A stretch of DNA of 64,000 nucleotides from Candidatus Bathyarchaeum tardum (GTDB lineage Archaea; Thermoproteota; Bathyarchaeia; Bathyarchaeales; Bathyarchaeaceae). This document shows positions 58,721-64,000 of this stretch, piece after piece (the stretch's first letter is position 1; the number at the start of each line of letters is the position of its first letter). The translations under genes were made by a program, and so were the position numbers. The DNA is taken from positions 1,792,001-1,856,000 of the forward strand of contig CP122380.1 of assembly GCA_024650005.2 (NCBI GenBank), read 5' to 3'. The notes under the pieces are model-generated. The model was given only the letters and a program-made list of their open reading frames with translations, ran no database searches and was not told the DNA's origin.

Positions 58721-59662
58721 CTATGTTGTTTCAAGAATCCACGGATACTTTCTGTTAATCAACTCATTTACTGAATTTGGAGCAACTATGCCTTCTTCAC
58801 AGATTATTCCGTGAATAAACTCACGCCTAGTCACATCAAAAGCAGGATTTCTGATAACTAAACCGTCAGGAGCAGAATCCCAAACTTCCGTGGGGTTTCT
58901 TTCTTCAATTTTTTCGTAATCTCCAAGAATCGTTGCAGGGTTAAATTTGAGCAACTCCGTGGCTACATAAAAGGGGGTTCGTGCCTCCTTAGCAGCAAGG
59001 GCAACCATGCTGGTTCCAATCTTGTTTATCACGTTCCCTTCAGAAGTTATCGCATCAGCCCCTACAACCACAAAATCAACCTTGTTAATAAAATGCCGAA
59101 CCGCAGAATCCACAAACATAGTCGTTTTGATTCCAGCATCTATCATCTCTTTTGCTGTTAATCTTCCCTGAAAAACTGGACGCGACTCCGTGCAAAACAA
59201 CTCAAACTGTTTTCCATCCAACTTGGCTTGCTTTAAAATCTTCATAACAGTAGAAGAATGACAATGAGTAAGAATCCGTGAATCATCAGAAATCCGCTTA
59301 GAACCCACAGATGCTATCATCTCCTTTGATTGTTTAAGGCGTTCCAAAAACTGGCCAGAAACTTCAGAAACAGTATCTACCAAATCGTGAACATCCATGC
59401 TATTGCTGGATTCTACAGACTGAATAACAAAACGAATAGCATTTCTCATCAAAGGCTCCGTTGAACGAGAAGCAAACAAAACGGTCTGAGCTTCAGAAAG
59501 CTCCTTTAACAATTCTTGTTTAGTATTAGCATTGGATTGTTTTGTTCCACGTTCCAACGATTTTATGGCTTCTATTGCTACGTTTCTTGCGCCTCGAATT
59601 TCTAGTCGTTTAATTTTTCCTGAAGTATCTAAAACAGCATCATACAACAAAAACAACCCCAT
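58721..59662 (-). CDS. Ribose-1,5-bisphosphate isomerase (eIF-2B-like family)
   Basis: EIRGA, RSTEPLMRN, LTHCHS, ESRPVFQG, GADAI, NKIGT, NPAFDVT. Confidence 0.8.
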   Translation of the reverse strand: MGLFLLYDAVLDTSGKIKRLEIRGARNVAIEAIKSLERGTKQSNANTKQELLKELSEAQTVLFASRSTEPLMRNAIRFVIQSVESSNSMDVHDLVDTVSEVSGQFLERLKQSKEMIASVGSKRISDDSRILTHCHSSTVMKILKQAKLDGKQFELFCTESRPVFQGRLTAKEMIDAGIKTTMFVDSAVRHFINKVDFVVVGADAITSEGNVINKIGTSMVALAAKEARTPFYVATELLKFNPATILGDYEKIEERNPTEVWDSAPDGLVIRNPAFDVTRREFIHGIICEEGIVAPNSVNELINRKYPWILETT

Positions 59663-59748
59663 TAAACACGTAACAATAAATTAAGAGTGACTTAAAAATA
59701 TAAAACAAAAGAAAAAGAAAACCAGCAACTAAGCTGGATTTAAACGGG

Positions 59749-60657
59749 TTAACAGTTTTTGGAGATGTGGTCTTCGATTGCTTTGATGACTCCTTCACCT
59801 TTTTCTTGGACAGCTTCGTAGGTTTGTCCAATACTGTGAGGAGTAACTATAACACTTTCGTGCTGAATTAGCTGGCTTGCAATTTCATCTTCAAAGGGAG
59901 TCTTGGAAACCAGAACATCCAAAGCTGCTCCAACTTTTCCAGCATTCAACGAGTCAAGCAATGCTCTTTCGTTAATGATTCCACCTCGGGCAGTGTTTAC
60001 CAAAAACACGCCGTCTTTCATTATTGCGAGTTCTTTTTCTCCAATCAGGTCTCGGGTTCCGTTGGTTAAGGGACAGTTAACTGAAATGAAGTCAGCAGCT
60101 TTGACTAGGTCTTCCATGCAAACCAAAGTAACAGTTCCATCATCAGAGATACAAGGGTCAAACACAACAACGTTCATGCCCAAGGCACAGCCTAAACGGG
60201 CGACTTCACGTCCGATTTTTCCACATCCAACAACTCCCAGAGTTTTTCCTGTGACTCGGCAGCCAATCAATGAAGTTTTCTTCCATTGACCTTGTTTCAT
60301 TGACCGATCTCCTTCGACTAGGTTTGTTGCATGGGCAAGAATGTATGCAATAACTCCTTGGGCTACATCATATGATTGGGCGGGAACGTTATAGAAACTG
60401 ATTCCACGCTCTGCCAAGTAGGGTTGGTCAATATGGTCAAGACCATGAGTTGCTGTAATTACACATTCAAGTTTTTTCATTACATCAACAGTGTTTTTGT
60501 TGACTTTTGTTTTGCTGCGAACAACAAGTACAGTTACCTCTTCTAGGGGCAGATTATAATCGATGTCGCTTGATTGAAGTACTTTTCCAAATTTAGATAA
60601 TCGGTCAAGGAATTCTTTACCAAAGTTGTCGCAAACTAAGATTGTATGGTTGCTCAT
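59749..60657 (-). CDS. serA: D-3-phosphoglycerate dehydrogenase-like (no ACT domain)
   Basis: VRSKTKV, GLDHID, GCGKIG, NTARGG, ALDV, TPH; adjacent to a serC-like gene. Confidence 0.75.
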   Translation of the reverse strand: MSNHTILVCDNFGKEFLDRLSKFGKVLQSSDIDYNLPLEEVTVLVVRSKTKVNKNTVDVMKKLECVITATHGLDHIDQPYLAERGISFYNVPAQSYDVAQGVIAYILAHATNLVEGDRSMKQGQWKKTSLIGCRVTGKTLGVVGCGKIGREVARLGCALGMNVVVFDPCISDDGTVTLVCMEDLVKAADFISVNCPLTNGTRDLIGEKELAIMKDGVFLVNTARGGIINERALLDSLNAGKVGAALDVLVSKTPFEDEIASQLIQHESVIVTPHSIGQTYEAVQEKGEGVIKAIEDHISKNC

Positions 60658-60670
60658 TTCATTTCACACA

Positions 60671-60741
60671 CTGTTTCTGTTGTAGGCAAGATGATCAGGG
60701 AAAAGCCCAAAAGGGCTGGAAAGTTCCCAAACGCCAAACAG
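60671..60741 (-). promoter_or_regulatory. Structured 5' leader upstream of serA-like gene
   Basis: Nested stems CTGTTT/AAACAG, GGCG/TGCC, GGGAA/TTCCC, AGCCC-TTTT-GGGCT on the minus strand. Confidence 0.4.
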
Positions 60742-60804
60742 TTATTAGCTCTGGGAAAAACACAGCCAATTATTTAAGCATTTATAGCTTAAACAACAGG
60801 TTAG

Positions 60805-61887
60805 CTAACAGTTCCAGCCAAGATTGTTCAATACTTTGGGCATTGTCTCCAGCATAGAATCAATAACTTGGAATGGAATGTAACCCATGTTACCAATTCT
60901 GAAGGTCGTGTTTTGTATGCTACCGTAGCCTTTTGCCACCTCAAAGCCTTCATTGCGCATGCCTTCGTAAATTGCAACACCATCAACTCCTTCGGGGGCA
61001 TTTACACAGTTCACGGTTGGGCTCTCGTAACCCACTTTGGGAAACATGGTTAACCCAAGTTTTTGAACACCCTCACGAATCCTGCAGTTACGTTCTGCGT
61101 ACAAGTCAAAGTACCACTGTTTTCCGCCTTTTGCTTCAATCAACTTCAAAATCGCATTCATTCCAGCGATTTGAGGAATGGTAGAAGTCATTGGAGTGCC
61201 CTTTTTCTTTTGGTTAAATTTTTCCCATACCTTGAAATCAAAATACCATCCCTTGTTTTGAACAGACGCAGACTTTTCTAGGGCAGCTTCGCTTACGGCG
61301 CCTACACTTAAACCAGGAGGAACCCCAAAACATTTTTGGGAGCTGGCAAAACAAACATCCAAACCCCACTTATCCACATCGATGGGAGTTCCACCCATAC
61401 AGCTTACTGAATCAACCAGAACCAGTTTCCCATGACTTTTTACTACAGCAGCAAGCTCAGCTAGATGATTCATTAAACCTACACTTGTTTCGTTGTGAGT
61501 AATGGTAACAGCTTCTACATCCTTGGTTTTGGAAAGTTTTTCATCCAACAGATCAGGAGTAATAGGCTGACCCAAAGGAACCTCAAGGGTTTCAACTTGT
61601 TTACCGTTTGCAGTTCCAGCTTCTGCGAAGCGTTCACCAAAACTTCCACAGATACAACTAAGCATTTTTTTGTTTACACAATTAAGAACCGATGCTTCCA
61701 TGAAACCGGAACCAGTGCTTGAAAACAAGAAAACTTCATTTTGGGTTTCTAAGAACCGTTGAAGCATTTCGACGGTTTCTACATGCAGTTTTTTGTATTC
61801 TGCACTGCGATGACTATACATTTGCATGCCCATTGCTTCTAAAACTTCGGGATAACATGCAACTGGACCAGCAGTAAACAACTTCAT
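60805..61887 (-). CDS. Class V aminotransferase (AGT family; archaeal phosphoserine aminotransferase-like)
   Basis: FTAGPV, SHRS, STGSGFMEA, HNETSVG, DSVS, SSQKCFGVPPG, FRIGNMG. Confidence 0.88.
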   Translation of the reverse strand: MKLFTAGPVACYPEVLEAMGMQMYSHRSAEYKKLHVETVEMLQRFLETQNEVFLFSSTGSGFMEASVLNCVNKKMLSCICGSFGERFAEAGTANGKQVETLEVPLGQPITPDLLDEKLSKTKDVEAVTITHNETSVGLMNHLAELAAVVKSHGKLVLVDSVSCMGGTPIDVDKWGLDVCFASSQKCFGVPPGLSVGAVSEAALEKSASVQNKGWYFDFKVWEKFNQKKKGTPMTSTIPQIAGMNAILKLIEAKGGKQWYFDLYAERNCRIREGVQKLGLTMFPKVGYESPTVNCVNAPEGVDGVAIYEGMRNEGFEVAKGYGSIQNTTFRIGNMGYIPFQVIDSMLETMPKVLNNLGWNC

Positions 61888-61972
61888 ATCATATCACCTT
61901 TACTTGTAGAAACAAGAAAAATGAAGTATTAAACTTTTCAGCTTCTACCAAAAAAGAAACAAATCAAGTCAA

Positions 61973-62998
61973 CTACGCTTTTTGTAACTCATTTTTGTAC
62001 AAAAATATCGCAGGCAACCCACCGGTATGGAAAAACACCACGTTATCAGTTTTTTTGAAGTAATTTTTATGGATTAAGTCAATTAACATAACCATTGCTT
62101 TTCCAGTGTATATGGGATCCAATAAGATTCCTTCAGTTTCAGCTACAAGTTTAAGGCTATCTGTTACTTCATTGTTGATTTTCCCGTAGCCCTCTTTGAT
62201 ATAATCATCAAAAACAATCACATCTTGTGCATTAACTGTTATATCAACATCAAAAAGCTTAGACGCACCATTCACCAATTTAACGATGTTATTTGTTGCA
62301 TCATCTCTGATTGCAAAAACGCTTGCTCCCACAATTTTTGTCGGTAAACCCAATAATTTGGCTCCAAAAATTAGGCCTGCTTGAGTTCCCCCTGTTCCAC
62401 AAGTGCAAACAATGTAATCAACAGGTTTTTCAAGAACATCAAACTGGTTAATTACTTCTTGCAGAGCAAGAGCATACCCAGGAACAGTATAAGACATAGT
62501 AGCCCCCACAGGAATGATAAAAGGCACATGACCTTTTGCACGGAATTGTCCTGCCAGGTTGTTCATGTATTCTTCAACATGGGGACCATAATTTTCGATA
62601 AAATGAATCTCAGCAGACAAGATTTTGTCCAAAAGCAAGTTTCCATCATATACTTCAGGTTCTTTTCCCACCAGAACCAAAACGGGCTTCATCCCAAGGC
62701 GTCTAGCAGCAGCCGAAACCATACATGCACAGTTTGACTGAACCGCCCCTGTGGAAATTACTATGTCGGCTCCTTGGTTTTGGGCTTCGGCAAATGAGAA
62801 CTCTAGTTTTCGGGCTTTATTTCCGCCGAAGGCAAGATCAGTCATGTCGTCCCGTTTAATGAATAGGTTTGGTCCACCTAGAGCTTTTGACAGTTTAGGC
62901 ATTTTCTGTAAGGGAGTGGGAAAACCAGCAAAACAGACTTTTTTACAGCGCATTTTTTTTAGTGCAGACAACGTATTAGGCTCATTCATGTTGTTCAC
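61973..62998 (-). CDS. D-cysteine desulfhydrase / ACC deaminase family PLP enzyme
   Basis: PTPL, IKRDD, GGNKARKLEF, GAVQSN, GTGGTQAG, EGILLDPIYTGKA, FHTGG. Confidence 0.9.
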   Translation of the reverse strand: MNNMNEPNTLSALKKMRCKKVCFAGFPTPLQKMPKLSKALGGPNLFIKRDDMTDLAFGGNKARKLEFSFAEAQNQGADIVISTGAVQSNCACMVSAAARRLGMKPVLVLVGKEPEVYDGNLLLDKILSAEIHFIENYGPHVEEYMNNLAGQFRAKGHVPFIIPVGATMSYTVPGYALALQEVINQFDVLEKPVDYIVCTCGTGGTQAGLIFGAKLLGLPTKIVGASVFAIRDDATNNIVKLVNGASKLFDVDITVNAQDVIVFDDYIKEGYGKINNEVTDSLKLVAETEGILLDPIYTGKAMVMLIDLIHKNYFKKTDNVVFFHTGGLPAIFLYKNELQKA

Positions 62999-63142
62999 TT
63001 GCTCTTTGTGAAATACTAATTAGTTGATGTTGGTTGAATCTGTACTTTTCGGTTAAAAATATGTCAAAAACGGTAATAAACAATATACTAGAACCAAAAA
63101 TAGAAAGTTTTAATAGATTTATAAGGGGTCTCGGTTCAGGGA

Positions 63143-64000
63143 ATGGTTCCATTGGCAGTAAAGTCGGTTCTAGATTTTGTCGGAAACACACCGCTCATTA
63201 AACTAAACAGTAACTCAGGTGAACTGGGCACTTTTGAAGCAGACCTGTACGCCAAAATAGAATACGTGAACCCCAGCGGAAGTATAAAAGACAGAATTGC
63301 AAAATACATGATAGAACAAGCCGAAAAAAGGGGAGACCTCAAATCCGGAGACACCATCGTTGAAGCGACAAGCGGCAACACTGGAATAGCATTTTCTATG
63401 GCAGGGGCAGCAAAAGGCTACAAAGTAGTTATTGTCATGTGTGAAACCATGACCCAGGAAAGGCGCAATTTCATGCGGGCTTACGGGGCTGAAGTTATTT
63501 CTACTCCAGCATGTGAAAGTCTCGAAGGGGCAGTCGACAAAGCAAAGGAGTTAGCAAACAAGCTAGGGTATTGGATGCCTTGCCAGTTTGACAACTACGA
63601 CAATGTTGAAGCACATAGGATACTGATGGGAAAAGAGATCATAAACCAAGTTCCAAACGGAGTTGTTGACGCTTTTGTTGCAGGCGTTGGCACAGGTGGC
63701 ACCTTGATGGGTGTTGCTAAGGCATTAAAAGAAGTAAACCCAAAGGTCCAAATAATTGCAGCTCAGCCTGCTGGTTCCCAAGAACTAACTGGCGGAAAAG
63801 TTGGAGAGCACCGAATAGATGGGATTGGAGACGGCTTTATTCCTGACATTGTTGATACTTCAGTTATTGATGACGCTATTAATGTTGAAGATGAAACCGC
63901 TGTAAATTGGAGCAGAATGTTAGCAAGAGAAAAAGGATTGTTCGCGGGCATATCGTCAGGAGCTAATGTGTATGCAGCAGTTCAAGTAGCAAAGAGACTA
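63143..64000 (+). CDS. cysK: Cysteine synthase family PLP enzyme (truncated by window edge)
   Basis: Not in the ORF track. From ATG 63143: VGNTPLIKL, KIEYVNPSGSIKDRIA, EATSGNTG, QFDN, GVGTGGT, HRIDGIG, GISSGAN. Confidence 0.9.
   Translation, partial: MVPLAVKSVLDFVGNTPLIKLNSNSGELGTFEADLYAKIEYVNPSGSIKDRIAKYMIEQAEKRGDLKSGDTIVEATSGNTGIAFSMAGAAKGYKVVIVMCETMTQERRNFMRAYGAEVISTPACESLEGAVDKAKELANKLGYWMPCQFDNYDNVEAHRILMGKEIINQVPNGVVDAFVAGVGTGGTLMGVAKALKEVNPKVQIIAAQPAGSQELTGGKVGEHRIDGIGDGFIPDIVDTSVIDDAINVEDETAVNWSRMLAREKGLFAGISSGANVYAAVQVAKRL

Noticed and set aside
58721-59662. Translation factor eIF-2B or methylthioribose-1-phosphate isomerase
   Set aside because: The THCHS and RSTEP motifs fit R15P isomerase better than MtnA (THCN.G.LAT).

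Overview
Low-GC archaeal chromosomal window, most likely Candidatus Bathyarchaeia (TACK). This is inferred from the crenarchaeal-type ribosomal cluster and SSB, GGTGA ribosome-binding sites, and protein-family content. It opens with the archaeal S10/spc-type ribosomal protein cluster on the minus strand (L22-S3-L29-Rnp1-S17-L14-L24-S4e-L5-S14-S8-L6-L32e-L19e, truncated by the window edge). Housekeeping and metabolic genes follow: GlpX-type FBPase, tRNA-Arg(GCG) directly upstream of argS, a PAS histidine kinase, TrmI, ppa, proBA, Ogg, RtcB, SSB, two GT2 enzymes, a PadR-regulated FtsX-type ABC operon, R15P isomerase, and serA/serC/D-Cys desulfhydrase-like/cysK. I found no CRISPR array, rRNA, integrase or transposase. 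The most interesting unexplained signals are: (i) a ~170-nt highly structured, apparently independently transcribed element at ~46050-46230 beside the RtcB/RGG-tailed SSB pair; (ii) a split APH-like kinase / PHP phosphatase / P-loop kinase trio; (iii) a degenerate nucleotidyltransferase-kinase fusion facing a long coiled-coil protein; (iv) a structured leader upstream of serA; (v) an ABC ATPase with a ~385-aa N-terminal extension; (vi) a textbook PadR operator. All calls come from reading motifs by eye; no database searches were run.
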